Shown here in pieces: positions 13,401 through 26,120 of a stretch of 64,000 nucleotides of DNA (position 1 is its first letter; every line of letters starts with the position of its first letter). The notes under the pieces were generated by a model. It saw only the letters and a program-made list of their open reading frames with translations. It made no database searches and was not told the DNA's origin. Source of the stretch: Lytechinus pictus (Eukaryota). Where the stretch lies: NCBI RefSeq assembly GCF_037042905.1, contig NC_087245.1:10108001-10172000 (forward strand), written 5' to 3'. The translations under genes and the position numbers were made by a program.

Positions 13401-16400
13401 TGTAACTTAATTTTTTTTAAATACATTTTTGTGGTTAGTACCACAGTGACAAATGAATTATAAAAAGATAATCATATAAAGTTAAGGGTACAAATCTGGC
13501 CTACATGTACCCATATTGAATTGTATTTTTGGATATCTGGGTATCTGGCCCTGCAAATGAATTCAGTATTGTAACCAGACCAGATTCAATGTCCTGCATA
13601 CTGTGTTGCTGATGCACAGCACATGACACCACGGGTAGAGTGAAAAACCATTGCTTTGAAACACTGCCAACCCCCCCCCCCCAAAAAAAAAAAAAAAAAA
13701 AAACCCACATAGTTACATGGCCAAATTCACCCACTGAGCTAAGTTCCTTATTTCATTCATATCTCATGCTCGTTCTACACGAAGAGAAATCGTAAGATAA
13801 TTGATAAATAAAAATATACAGGTATTTCTTACCGGCATCTGCGCTGTCAGGCCGTATCCTATAAAATTCTAAGCTTTCAAATTCACCAGGTGACATAAGC
13901 ATATTACGAGTGACTCTGTATGGCAAGGGAACATGAGAGAGATCATCGTTGATTCGTCTGTACAAGTTGGGAGCAAGAACATTTTGCTGGAAGAGATTCT
14001 TGTCCCATATATGACCTGGAAGGGAAGAACAGGAATGTATAAGAGATTTTCTCAGTTTCTAAATTTTTTTTTCATCACTGAATGACTCATATTTGAAGAA
14101 AAAAAATGACACAACTATTAAATTAATTAAAAAACCATTAAAGAGGACATTGATTAAATCAAAATATCAATCAATAAAGAGTCAAAAGAAAATCCCAAAG
14201 ATAGGCAAAATCACCAAATCAATACTCATTAGAAGGAAGATGGCCATAGACCTGGCCACATATATTGTTACTGGGGATGCTGTGACAATGCTCAGCACCC
14301 CCTGTAACAATTCCTCCATGGACAGGGCCCTGAAGATGGCAGGCAAATTGGTAGAATCAACAGATCTTAAATTGAAGTAACTAAGCATGAAACACATCAC
14401 ATATAATGTGCACTAAAATATATATAAAAATACAAGGATGAAACAACCAACTTTGTTCCATAATTTTTTTTACAAACAACAGGGTGTACTGTGTGTTGGA
14501 AAGTCACTGACATCCATAAACTAAGGCATACCTTAATTTCTATTTAAGGTAAGGCCACTTTCCAGAGGGCACAAAAAAAAGCACAAACAATTTCAAAGGC
14601 AATGAATGGGCAGGTGATTGGGAAACCGAGGCCAGTTAACAGGGCATCCATGATCACGGTCTTCAATGAACTTGGATTACTTTAAGCCCTGAAAGGCATG
14701 AGAACCATATCACCTCACCTTCACTTCGGAGGTAGTTAAGAATAGAATCATCCCAGCTCCTTGACCAGTTGGCCAGGTATCGCTTGGCTGAGAATCCTGG
14801 ACGGACTGTCTTGTAAGGCCCATGGGAACGCTTATTGTGGACGAAGCCAAGGAATGGTTCCTGACTAGGGTTCATCTGTGATGCTGCTGGCTGGAAAGAT
14901 TGCTGAAATAGATAAAGCAAATACTTTGTATATTAATAATACACTTGATTTGTTTCACACCATTTCAATTTTTACAATCAAATGCTTGAATTGCACAAAA
15001 AGGTAATAAAAGAAGATCTAAAGCCAAAAAGATAGAGAAAAAAGCAAATCAGAATTTCAATATAATGTACATGTACATGTAAATACAACAATTATTAAAG
15101 GACAAGTCCAACCCAACAAAAAGTTTATTCAAATAAAAAGAGAAAAATCCAACAAGCATTACACTGAAAATTTCATCAAAATTGGATGTGAAATAAGTTA
15201 CGACATTTTAAAGTTTTGCTTAATTTCACAAAACAGTTCACAAAACAAATGAGGAGACTGATGACATCACTCACTCACTATTTCAATTGTATTTTATTAT
15301 ATAAAATATGAAATATTCAAATTTTCTCTCTGTTGTTGTGTGAAACAACGATTAATTCCTGCCTGAACATGTGCAATTAGTATTTTTTAATAATATAAGG
15401 TTCAATCAAGTTGGTCCTTATTGTCAAATCTGTAAAAAATTAAATATTGCAATTTGTATTATAATTCAAACAATAAAAAACAAAAGAAATAGTGAGTGAG
15501 GGACATCATCGACTGTCTCATTGGCAGGTCACTGAGTTGTGCATATCACTGCTTTGTGAAAAATAAGCGATTTTTCATTATTTATTTAAATCAACATTTT
15601 TCTTGGGTGGACTTGACCTTTGAATAAGGAGCATGATTTTTATAATTTTTTTAATTGTAAAAGGCTGGCAAAATAAAATACTGGACACATAAGCTCGCAT
15701 TTATATTCCCATCAAGTATATAGAAATATATTTGTCATTTGTGGTTCAGTGGCTATACATGTGTTGACAGAACATGACCCTCTTGTGCTACAGTATGTTC
15801 ATTCAAGCATCCATAACTTACATATATTTTCTAACTTCACTCCTCCTTCCAACTTTAAGAAAGTGTCATAATTAGTAAAGCTATAGGCTAATATTACCTA
15901 AGATCCCCCTTTGTGTGCCATTTGCAATAGAGAAAGCCAAGTATAAAGCAGCTCTTGAGATTTGGCATAACCTCATTATACCAGACAGCATTGAAAAAAA
16001 CTATAGTAATATATAAAGCATTTACTGTCTTGTCTTTCCATTAATGCCCATAATCATTATATTGATTATTATGGCATATGAATGTCAAAGATTGACTTGA
16101 CACTGTAGGCTACCGGTAATCCTATCTAGTTACTTATTCAGAGGCGCAGAGGGAAGATATTAGAGACAAGATTATTTGAAATATGATGAGAATAAATGTT
16201 TTAAGGTTGGATGTATCTTACCTGTTTCATGCTACTACCATATGACAAGACAGCATTGCGTAGATCACTAATTGAGTTGAAATAACTGGTATCTTCTGCC
16301 TCCATCGATCTTTTCTTTACATTTGCCCCCTCCTCTGAAGTCAGAGCAAGGTCCTCAGCATAGAGAAGCAGTGCCCCCTTTCTAGTGGTGTAGGTTTTGT

Positions 16401-17838
16401 GAACCCTGACCTCCCGTGGTGAAACCTGCTCCTCTTTGGCCCATGCATGCTGTTGTAGGGGTGGTAAGTAAAACCTGCGTCCTTGGATATTGTGGTAATC
16501 CTGTAACAGTCAGAGTGTAAGATTGGTTTAGTCATTACTGTTATAGCAAAATACAAAAATAGAAATATTGTCTAATATCATTTGATATTAATTGTTACTA
16601 ACACTATAACTTAAAAGTTTAGTCCATCCAAAAAAGAAAGTTGGTTTTAAAAATGTGGTAAAATTAGAGAAAAACATATGAAAGTTTGGTGAAATATAAT
16701 CCATCAGAGATTAAAAGAATTATAACTTTTTTAAAACAATGTCATGTCACCGTTGGCAGCTCACACAAATGTCGTGTAATATAAATTTCATAAATTAAGT
16801 CATAATTATTCATTTCTATTTCAAAAATTGAACTGTCATTTTTCCCACTTTCTTTTTGGGAAATTCCATAAAATATGTATGGTAGGGGGTCCTAAAGCTA
16901 CGCACCACTCATCGCGCATGTAGTTTTTATGGCAAATGCGCACTCTGTGTGTGGAACTGTGACTGCAGAGTGACGAACGATTCCTATTCAATTTTTTCTA
17001 CAGAGGCTGCAGTAAATCTCTAAATGCAGAGAAAACCAATAACTGTTTCGGAATTTTGGAGTTATATTCGCTTAAATTTCATTTTATCCTATGATAATAT
17101 GAATATATTTTAGAAATTGAGGCACAGGAAATACTATTTTTTTGCATGATAAATCGAGTGCGTAGCTTTAGGACCCCTTCTACATCGGGTGGCGAAATCA
17201 AGAGGTGTTCGGAAAACACGGCGGGATTTTCGTATTAGTGAGTTTTGCGATATTTTCTTCTTGGTTAATGATCTTTAGAATGTTTGCCACAAATTAGTGA
17301 AAGATATTTGTTGAAATATTAAAATTGGGATAGTTTTTATTGTTTGAAAACAAAGTGCGTAGCTTTAGGTCCCCCCATCATACATCCAACCCCCTATACA
17401 GCTATACAGGTATGTGGGAGTGGGACCTTCATGAAATTTTCTGTCTCCGATTTCTTGTTCTTTTGACAGTCTGTAATGTTCTGAACATCCGCAAATTTTG
17501 TTACCTTTTGCGTCCTTTTTTTGAAATCCAACTTCATGATAATTTTTAAAATGTGAGCAAATTATGGTCACCCCATCATACAGACAGCAGTAGATTTTAC
17601 AATATCAATCGAATCATGCTTATCACCCTTATACTAACACTAACAATATTAGGCCTATCATAGTATTATTCGAATTACTCATGAGTCATGTCTCATGACT
17701 TAAATCTACCTCTGGTTCGAGGCAAACTTCCAGTTTTCTGTGTCCATGTTGTTGTTTTTCCTCTCCTATTCCCCGGCTCAACAATGAAAGACCAGGATTG
17801 GAAGACTTTGAAACAATACTTTGCTGAAGACTAAACAT
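1481..17838 (-). CDS. KIAA2012: KIAA2012-like uncharacterised protein, 5' portion (multi-exon; gene continues beyond the window start)
   Basis: Exons on the minus strand with GT-AG boundaries and consistent phases: 17710-17838, 16222-16500, 14719-14902, 13833-14015, 10633-10811, 9626-9778, 8984-9088, 8125-8275, 7290-7565, 6407-6622, 5821-6090, 4871-5095, 3754-3993 (donor uncertain), 1481-1690. The spliced N-terminus reads MFSLQQ..LSLLSRG..RKLEVCLEPE|DYHN..KTYTTRKGALLLYAEDL..ISDLRNAVLSYG..VRPGFSAKRYL. This matches my recollection of vertebrate KIAA2012 motifs (LSLLSRG, KLEVYFEPEDY, KTFSTRKGALILYSE, PGYSAKRYL). An in-frame TAA lies upstream of ATG 17838. Confidence 0.85.
3065..3993 (-). CDS. 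KIAA2012: Long form of KIAA2012-like exon 13, read through to a stop (putative alternative terminal exon)
   Basis: Acceptor tttag at 3994-3998, phase 1 matching the upstream exon. The frame stays open for about 309 codons to TAA at 3065 and the region is GC-richer than the flanking introns. An internal phase-1 donor G|GTGAGA at 3754/3753 could alternatively splice to 1690. Confidence 0.55.
6732..6822. mobile_element. Inverted Penelope-like terminal fragment with a degenerate minimal hammerhead motif
   Basis: Palindrome AAAAAGGGGCCTAAGCTTTCGATCCTAGCAGAATC ... GATTCTGCTAGGATTGAAAGCTTAGGCCCCTTTTT. The right arm reads CCGACGA-stem-GAAAGCTTA. Confidence 0.5.
9862..10150 (-). mobile_element. Non-LTR retrotransposon 3' end remnant
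   Basis: On the minus strand: stem-loop GAAACCTTC..GAAGGTTTC, then AATAAA and a (CAAT)n tail. Confidence 0.35.
11540..12230 (-). mobile_element. Degenerate L1/Tx1-like ORF2 remnant
   Basis: Broken minus-strand frames including EPLFNNPI, which resembles the post-RT region of L1/Tx1 elements; many stops. Confidence 0.3.
12436..12892. mobile_element. Harbinger-like MITE with internal CCCGAGAC repeats
   Basis: Imperfect TIR TGCTGCACCGGATTTCC / GGAAATCCAGTGTAACA; repeated CGCCCCGAGAC / GTCTCGG motifs; style resembles 62518-62951. Confidence 0.5.
15099..15619. mobile_element. Kolobok-like MITE
   Basis: TTAA|AGGACAAGTCCAACCCAA ... TTGGGTGGACTTGACCT|TTGA. Internal inverted motifs CACTCACTATTT / AAATAGTGAGTG. 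Confidence 0.65.
16884..17376. mobile_element. MITE with TIR GGGGGTCCTAAAGCTACGCAC (extra internal TIR copy at ~17159-17178)
   Basis: Left GGGGGTCCTAAAGCTACGCAC; its reverse complement GTGCGTAGCTTTAGG(A/T)CCCC occurs at ~17159 and ~17356. Confidence 0.55.
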
Positions 17839-17889
17839 GTTTTTCAGGGATTACATTCCACGTTTGACAAAGGCTTCCTGATTCTCTGC

Positions 17890-18330
17890 AGTGGGTCACG
17901 GCCTAAATTTCATTGACATGTCATGACCATCATGACCGGCCTGGTTCACGTCCGCCTGCGCCTCGCCCTATGTCCGTCCCCAACTTAGTCTCGCTAGCCG
18001 TTTCTCGCAGCTCAGCAGCAGCAAACACAGATTGGCTTCATCTCTCCAAATGTCTCCAAATTGAGCTCTCAATATAGATGTCTCCAAGAAAATAATACTT
18101 GATCTTATCATTCACTCCTGAAGAACAATTGAGACGTACGGAGTATTCAATATGAATTATTAAACAGCTGTTAAAACTAGCCGATCTTCTTGGGATAGCA
18201 AAATCTTAGCAGCCTATGGGCATCGCCATATTGTTTGATCACGTGATAGGGTTGCCGTGCAGCAGCGACGTCACGCATATTTCGACGACGGGCCCCGAAG
18301 CCGCTCGTCGCAGCGAGTGATCGATAAATC
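17890..18330 (-). promoter_or_regulatory. CpG-rich promoter/5' region of the KIAA2012-like gene
   Basis: Local GC/CpG enrichment just upstream of the ATG exon. Motifs: YY1-like CGCCATATT (~18224), palindromic TCACGTGA E-box (~18239), half X-box GTTGCC (~18250), CRE-like GACGTCA (~18267). Confidence 0.6.
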
Positions 18331-18869
18331 GAATCTTGGAATTTGATAGGAGAATGTCACACGGAAATAGCAGCTGGAGTCAAGTTTGACACGTTTAGGG
18401 GAAAAAAGGAGCAATAAATCCAAAAATTGATGATGACAGGTTCTAACCGGGGCTCAAATGCCTATGCAAAGGACGCCCAATTCGCTCCTCTAGTATGATT
18501 AAGCTGCCCTTTTTCAGCATTTCGAAGATTTTTTTTTCGTTTTGACCCCCCTATTCTTTGAGTCTTGCGAAATATATATATATATTTAGTTCCCTTTTTC
18601 CTCGATCCTTCCCCAGGTCGCCCCCCCCCCCTCATGTAGAGGTAGGCCACGACCTTGACCAGGACAATCATAAAATTCGTCATTGAACAATTCAACATGA
18701 TTACCACTATCATCATTGTCTGGGTATTTTTGCCATCTCATTTCTTTTGAGGGGTTGGAGTAGACTAACTCTGCCTCTCTTCTTCCGAAAATCCTCTTCC
18801 CTTTTCTCGAGATTTCTTTCTACTTCAAGTAATTTCTTCTCGTTACTTTTTTTCCACTTCTCATGAGGT

Positions 18870-20548
18870 CAATTATGCTCTCTTCTTCTTCTTCCGCTTA
18901 ATTTCATCCCAGTATATAGCTTCTAAAGGGATTACTACATCAAGTATCAAGTATAATAATAATAATGTTAATAATAATGATGATAGTAATAATGATGATG
19001 ACGATGATAACAATATTATGCAAATAAAAACAACTTTTTCTGGACCTTAATTTCCACACGTTTAAAATTTAAAACGCTATTATGAAATCTGGATAATCCA
19101 AGTTCAATATGATAAAGCAAACAGTTATTTTGAAACTATAGTACCTACCCATTCTTCGTTTTCATCCTCCCATGGTTCTACATCTGCCAAGCTCACATAT
19201 GATGAAGATGACGATTGCGATTCTCCCGATGTCGGAGTTGATGACGATTCGGAAGATGTTGACATGTAATGACTCCACATCGCGGAGAATTTGGCATCGT
19301 TGACGGCCTTCGATTTCTTGACCGATACGGTAGCGGAGGTAACGCGTGGTATACCAAGTGGACGGATTTGCAAAGTTTCACAATTTCCTGCTCCGTGAAG
19401 CATGATAATAAAATAGCAATAATGGTAATAATGATTGAAAATAACAATAACAACACTTCTTTACGACTTTTCTGACTTAGTGAGTTTACAAACATTATTT
19501 TAAAAAATATCTTCAAACGAGCGTGTTTTTTTTCTGTTTGACTACATGTATAATTATTCAAGAAAAACCCGAAATGGTATCAAAGGCTTTGCTCGAACAT
19601 GAAATATAAAACTGACATTAGATGATACTATTTGATAATAAAAGAATTAAACAAGTGGAATGCCTCTGGCCGTCTCACCTCCATCACGCGATTCAATATA
19701 GCAGCAGTGCTGATTTTGAAAACTACTATAACTCGCACAAGATGTTCAGTGATACTTGGTTACTCTTATTTCCACGTTTTATGAACTAGACCAATACACT
19801 TATAGAGATATGATGGCAATTCAACAAATACCCCCAACGTGGCCAAAGTTCTTTGACCTTACATGACCTTTGACCTTGATCATGTGACCTGAAACTCGCA
19901 CAGGATGTTCAGTGATACTTGATTACTCTTATGTCCAAGTTTTATGAACTAGACCAACACACTTTCAAATTTATGGCTGTAATTCAACAAATACCCCAAT
20001 TTGGCCAAAGTTCATTGACCCTAAATGACCTTTGACCTTGATCATGTGACCTGAAACTTGCACAGGATGTTCAGTAATACTTGATTACTATTATGTCCAA
20101 GTTTCATGAATCAGATCCATAAACTTTCAAAGTTATGATGGTAATTCAACAGATACCCCCAATTCGGCCAAAGTTCATTGACCCTAAATGACCTTTGACC
20201 TTGGTCATGTGACGTGAAACTCATGCAGGATGTTCAGTGATACTTGATTAACCTTATGTATAAGTTTCATGAACTAGGTCCATATATTTTCTAAGTTATG
20301 ATGACATTTCAAAAACTTAACCTTAGGTTAAGATTTTGATGTTGATTCCCCCAACATGGTCTAAGTTCATTGACCCTAAATGACCTTTGACCTTGGTCAT
20401 GTCACATGAAACTCAGGCAGGATGTTCAGTAATACTTGATTAACCTTATGGCCAAGTTTCATGAACTAGGTCCATACACTTTCTAAGTTATGCTGTCATT
20501 TCAAAAACTTAACCTTAGGTTAAGATTTGGTGTTGACGCCGCCGCCGC

Positions 20549-20579
<31 letters not shown>

Positions 20580-21575
20580 GTCGCCGCCGCCGTCGGAAAA
20601 GCGGCGCCTATAGTCTCACTCTGCTATGCAGGTGAGACAAAAAAACCACAAATATTGTATGATGAATATGTAATTTACCATATGCTAGGTTCCACCTTTG
20701 TTTGAACGTAAATACACCTTTACAAGTCTTTGGCTGAACCTGTACAGTATGGATTATAAAAAATGTGAGCAAAAGAAAAAACAACACAGAAATATATTCT
20801 GCATAACAAAATGAAGGAAATCAAGAAACAAACAATCATGCCCAAAACTTGGATTTTTTTTTGCCTGCAAAACAGCAAGGTTTGAGTACTAATAAACGCA
20901 AAACGTTCAACAGTAACCCTATATGGCGCAATATAGTAGAATATTTCGCTTACTCAGTTATACAATGAAACATCAATATTCACAATTATTTTAGCATATA
21001 TCTTTGAAAAATAAGAATGATGTTGGACAGTTTTGATGGGAGATTGATATTGGCCTAAATTTTCTCTCTCACCATAATTCACTTCAGATATTGGACATTA
21101 TATGCTGATCATTTCAAATATTTTGATCCAAATGATATCTGAATTACAACCTATATAAAAAAGCAATATTCACAACACATTGAATGATCAAATGGAAAAA
21201 AACATTGTGGTATACGGACATGTTTAGTACAAATAAAATGATAAATTCAGAGTGAGTATGGTGAGAGGAAAATTAACACTCGTCAATATTCACATTTTAA
21301 TAGGCTTACACTTAATTACTTTTAAGACATTTTCTTAAAAATTGATTGATTATAGACTGTCGACTGTTTAAACAGTTAAATGAGAAATGCATGCGATATT
21401 TTTCTCCGGAAAACTTACTTTTTTAGGTCTATTCCTTTGTGGCCAGGCTTTTGGGCCAGTCATTTTCTTACATGTAGGTGTATTCCCCTCACTCCTTTGA
21501 TCTGGTACGACTTCAATCCTTCCATGTCGAACGACTCCTGTGCCTCTACACAGGTCTGATAGCATTCCAAAAATG
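18870..21575 (-). other. Possible exons of a second small spliced gene, or upstream exons
   Basis: GC-richer islands with splice-like edges: ~21419-21575 (acceptor ttcag, donor AAA|GTAAGT), ~19149-19388 (acceptor gcag, donor TGG|GTAGGT), and an acceptor tttag at ~18922. The frames cannot be joined unambiguously and no family was recognised. Confidence 0.3.
19650..20645 (+). mobile_element. Helentron-associated non-autonomous element (HINE / Tsp / pearl-like) with ~162-bp tandem core
   Basis: 5' subterminal GTCTCACCT; 4-5 tandem units of ~162-190 bp; (GCC)n microsatellite at 20538-20592; 3' hairpin GTCTCAC-TCTGCTATGCAG-GTGAGAC; A-rich flanks. Confidence 0.75.
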
Positions 21576-21779
21576 CTGAATATAATGAAATCAAGTCAGA
21601 CTTTGTGTGCAAATATTATAATGTAAAAGGTAAAATAAAAAATAAGATAGGTGGATCACAACAATCGGAATGAGATTTGTTTCAGTCAGATATTCGCTAA
21701 GTCTATATGATTATAAACGAACCAAAGATATCATAATGTAGCAATACAAAGAGGTCATCATCGTTATTATAATTATTTT

Positions 21780-22000
21780 TCTCAATATTATTATTAGAAG
21801 TAGTATTAGTATTAATATCATTATTATTATTGTTGTTATTATTATTATTATTATCATTATCATCATCATCATTATTTCATTGTTAATATTGTTATTATTA
21901 TTATTATCATTATAATTATTACTATTATCATTAGTTTTATTATTATTATTATTATTATCATTATTATCATCATCACCATCCCCATCACCACCACCATCAA
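21780..22000. repeat. (ATT/ATC)n microsatellite
   Basis: Direct inspection. Confidence 0.9.
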
Positions 22001-22261
22001 CAAGTCCGTTGTAAACGTATCATCCCTAATTCGCCACCACCCTGTCGCTAGGGAACGCTATGTGATAAATAAAATAAATGCCGAATGATGCGGCCATGCA
22101 TAATGGCAAAGATGAAAAATAATTAAAACCTCGTATTCACTGCATAGTATCATCAAGGCCAATGGAATATGATCAGATGACAATAGCCTTTCACTCCATC
22201 AACTATATTGATATCGACTAGCATGGTCCTTTTGTTTCCCTCTGACATTGCAGTGACATTA

Positions 22262-22305
<44 letters not shown>

Positions 22306-23669
22306 CATATATATATATATATTGTTGCAGAAGAATATGAAAATGTTTGTTTGTTTCTTTGCTTCCATATAATGTTCTTAATATTCGTCTATATTCAGTC
22401 ATGCTTTATGAAATTAAATTGTAATTCGTATTACCCTGTCCATTTTTTCTTTACAAATTATTTAAATATAACTGGCATATCAAAGTGATAGAAGAAAAGG
22501 CATGAAAGATATATTTTACATGAATCTCTCTTCATAAAGAGAAGTCCTTTATGAAGAGAGATTCATGTCAGTAAGAGCATATTCTATATATGCACTGTGT
22601 TCGAGTGCGTCTTTTTGTGTCCTTATTTTTTCAAAAGATTTGGTAAATGTCGTTAATTCAATTGTTTCTTCGAAGTAGTGCTTTGATTAGAAACAAAAAG
22701 CTTGTTTTTGGTTGATATACCTTCAATGTAAATTATTTCCTATTGGTATTAATACTCGAATAAACATTCGATTTGATTGAACTGAATGTAATAATTGGAC
22801 TGGACTTTGCCATCGATGGCATTGATCAAGGAAAATACGAGTAGAAGGCACACTGCAAGATATAAATGAATCACCGATCCATTGATCAATGATACACCGT
22901 TTTCAATGAGAGTTTTCAGACCTGCCACACAGAACATTCAGCAGAATTGCAATATAGTAATCATCACTTTAACAGGAATAATTATGAGCAACATAGAAAA
23001 TAACACACATGATTATAGACCACTGAATAAACAGTTTACATAAGATACAGCGAATTAAGTGCCCACCAAAAAAAAAATTCCTTAATTTGCCTATTAAATA
23101 GTAAAATAACTCACATATACATCTTGACTCCCGAGCAGGAGAAAATCCACATGGAAACCTGAATTCTCCGAAATCATGGAAATACATTCATGCAGGGATT
23201 GTTACTGGTAAGTATACCGTAGTAAGATATTACAAAGCTTACAACTTCAAGTTTGCTTCCCCCAATTAAATATATCTATTAGTTAGATCTTAAAACAGTG
23301 GACAATGGGAAAACCGTATACCCTAATGAGAGACTCCCTTCATAAGCGGGTCATTCTTTTATTTCCAAGAAGTGTGGTCAAGTTTCCATGATGTAGAATG
23401 AGAGCGAAGGGCCTTATCGGGAACTTCAGTGTAATCAGATCGGTTATCGGTTGTGTAACACTGTATTGGTAACATAATTATTACAAAACGTAAACATTTA
23501 TATGTTCTTTTAGTTCGCAAGATCCTGGTCTCAACCTTATCCATATTTGAAAAGAAAATGGATTAAATCGCCAGTACGGGTACCCATAGTAAACCCACTA
23601 ATCTCGAGATTATGATGCAGAATAAAATTATGTCTGTACAAAATAAGGGTTCAGTGAGATAAAGGATGT

Positions 23670-24450
23670 TGACGATGCTATAGTGACGACGAATTATGAT
23701 AATAATGATGTTGAAGATGATTATGATGCTGCTGATGATGGTGATGACGATGATGATGAAAATGAAGATGCATGCTGACGAAGAAGTCGACGGCGATGGT
23801 AATGGGGAATGGATGACGGTCAAAACAATTATAACATGATTTTGCTGGTGATGACGATGATAATATGTCAATGATGATAATAATACGAATACTAACGATA
23901 TGGATATTGTCATTCTGCTGATGCTGATTCTGAATTATGGTCATGATGATGATGATACTGATAATGGTGATGATGATGATGGTGGTGGTGATGATGATGG
24001 TGATGATGACGATGTGGTGATGGTGATGCTGGTGATGATGATGACGATGATTATTATTATTATGGTGATGATGATGGTGACGATAACGATGACGGTGATG
24101 ACGATGATGGTGGTGGTGATGATGATGGTGATGATGGTGGTGGTGATGATGATGATGTGTTGATGGGAATGATAGTGATGGGAATGATGATGATGGTGGT
24201 GGTAGTGATGATGATGGTGGTGGTGATTATGATGGTGATGATGATGGTGGTGAATGGTGGTGATGATGATGATGATGGTGGTGGTGATGATGATGATGAT
24301 GTTGGGGATAATCAATATAATGGCGAAGATAATGAGGATACTATTACAATCATGATAATGTATGATGATATATTTATAAGGATAAATACGATGATGGCGA
24401 TTCTGATAATTATGTCTATTATGGTGATGACGACGATGATGCGATGATAA
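23670..24450. repeat. Long degenerate (GAT/GGT)n trinucleotide tract
   Basis: Direct inspection; it accounts for the poly-D/M/H/I ORFs in the ORF track. Confidence 0.95.
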
Positions 24451-26081
24451 AAATCACTTATATTGATAAGAGTGTAACGAAGGTAGCAATAATTGATATA
24501 TTTATCACCGTCGATCATGAAAAAAGAGGTATAAGTCGTACCTTATCCCATGGGTCTTACCTCCCTATACAGTGCGTATAAAAAAAGTTTACACTTTGAA
24601 AAAGCCATGTGCGTAATTTTTTCACATTATAATCTTAGGCTTGGGTCTCATCTATCCAATGAAAGTAAAAGTTTTGACAGAATGTTACACTTGGGTGAGC
24701 ACTGTCCATTTTTGTAAAGCTTGCAGAAATCTGTTTGGGCAGAAATGCTCGTTTTCACGCTGTGTCAAGGGGAAAGGGCGAAATTAAATTTACCCTGCGA
24801 AACATTTCTCATACATTTCCCTTGCACTTTTAGTCAAGTGAAAAAAAACCCAGATACATTCAAGCACTTTGTAACAATTTTGCCACCCAAATTGAAATTT
24901 CAACACTTAGTAAGCACACACTTTACCCTTTTTGTGCCAGCTGGATCTGAGGACATACATTAACTGAATCTGAACAAAAGTTTATATCAGACATCACCAG
25001 CATTTTTTCACTAAGTTCTTATCATCTAAAGTGGGTTTACATTTCATTTTTTATTCAATACTTGTTTCTCCACACCTTGTCCAAGCTTGACAATGATTAA
25101 CAAAATGAAAATCAAGCCTAATCCATTTCATGTAAATCACAGCTCAGTGTAATGGCGACCGCACACCTTACGACTGGTCTGCGACCCGATTTCAGAATAA
25201 AATGTAGTAGAATTTTATGCTAATATTGAGACTTGGAATATCTTACTGTGTAATGTTCTAAATCATCGTATGAATACCTATGATCAAATTTGTGACTATG
25301 CTATTGTAACGAACTATGTTTCCGATTTAATGTCGTAGAGATGTTATAGGGTCTGTAAACGTAGACTATATGGAAATCGTATGTGTAGACGTTCTATGAT
25401 TTAACGAAAATTAGCCAAAATCGCACATTTTATAAACATGTTGGAGTTGTCATGAAACCTTTTGATTAATTTATTATAAGCAAAGTTGCCTAAGCATTAT
25501 CCAGTTGTTTTATTCGAGAAAGCTGGTTGATTAGCAAAGTTAATTAGGTTATTGTAGTTGTTGAAGTCATCTTTAGTAACTGTTTTATCGAAGTGTTAAA
25601 AAATGCATAAATACGAGGAGCCAACTAGTATTAAGGCCGATCTGTGTTACAGCCCTTTACCGTAGTGCAAATGCTGCCCTTCATCTCTTGTATCTCATTT
25701 TGCTCTGTACAATGATATATCTTTGGGAAATTAAAGGTAAAGATCAAGCATTGAACCTACACTCTGGACTACGTTCTTATGAGTGTTATAAAGGATCAAA
25801 TGATTGGTGTACGGAACGAATGCTGGTGATTGAATGGTCGACGGATGTCCGATTGACTGAAATGAGACGTAGACGAGAGAGGTGATCGATTGCAATCGAC
25901 GGATGATCTGACTGGAGAAACCAGAGACGACGGTTGGTGATGGTTGTTAATCAGTCTTTTCCATAAACCATCAGCAACGGTCATATACTTTGACCAAACG
26001 AACGCAACTGACGGTCAGGCACGGTGGCATCCTGACAAGAAAACCGTGTCAGCTGAAAGTTGGATTAGAGGCCGTCACACG

Positions 26082-26099
26082 TGGTGTCAGAAGTGGGAT
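26082..26099 (+). promoter_or_regulatory. Primer-binding site (tRNA-Leu type)
   Basis: TGGTGTCAGAAGTGGGAT lies 2 nt after the CA end of the 5' LTR and is complementary to the 3' end of a tRNA-Leu. Confidence 0.85.
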
Positions 26100-26120
26100 T
26101 GTTGGTGTAGAAGTTCAGAA

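Noticed and set aside
16341..16556. ORF-track frame MYFAIT..MLRTLL
   Set aside because: Wrong frame; the exon is read in the alternative frame that gives TRKGALLLY and stays open to the donor.
20490..20705. Poly-Ala ORF
   Set aside because: It is the (GCC)n microsatellite of the HINE-like element.
21410..21430. KKVSF PP1-docking motif in ORF 21368-21565
   Set aside because: VSF is produced by the splice-donor-like GTAAGTTTT and is probably intronic.
23563..24518. Poly-His/Asp/Met ORFs
   Set aside because: Artefacts of the (GAT/GGT)n microsatellite.
25944..26120. N-terminal extension of the 630-aa ORF from a TTG start
   Set aside because: It lies within the LTR/PBS; the first ATG after the PBS (26121) is the more plausible start.
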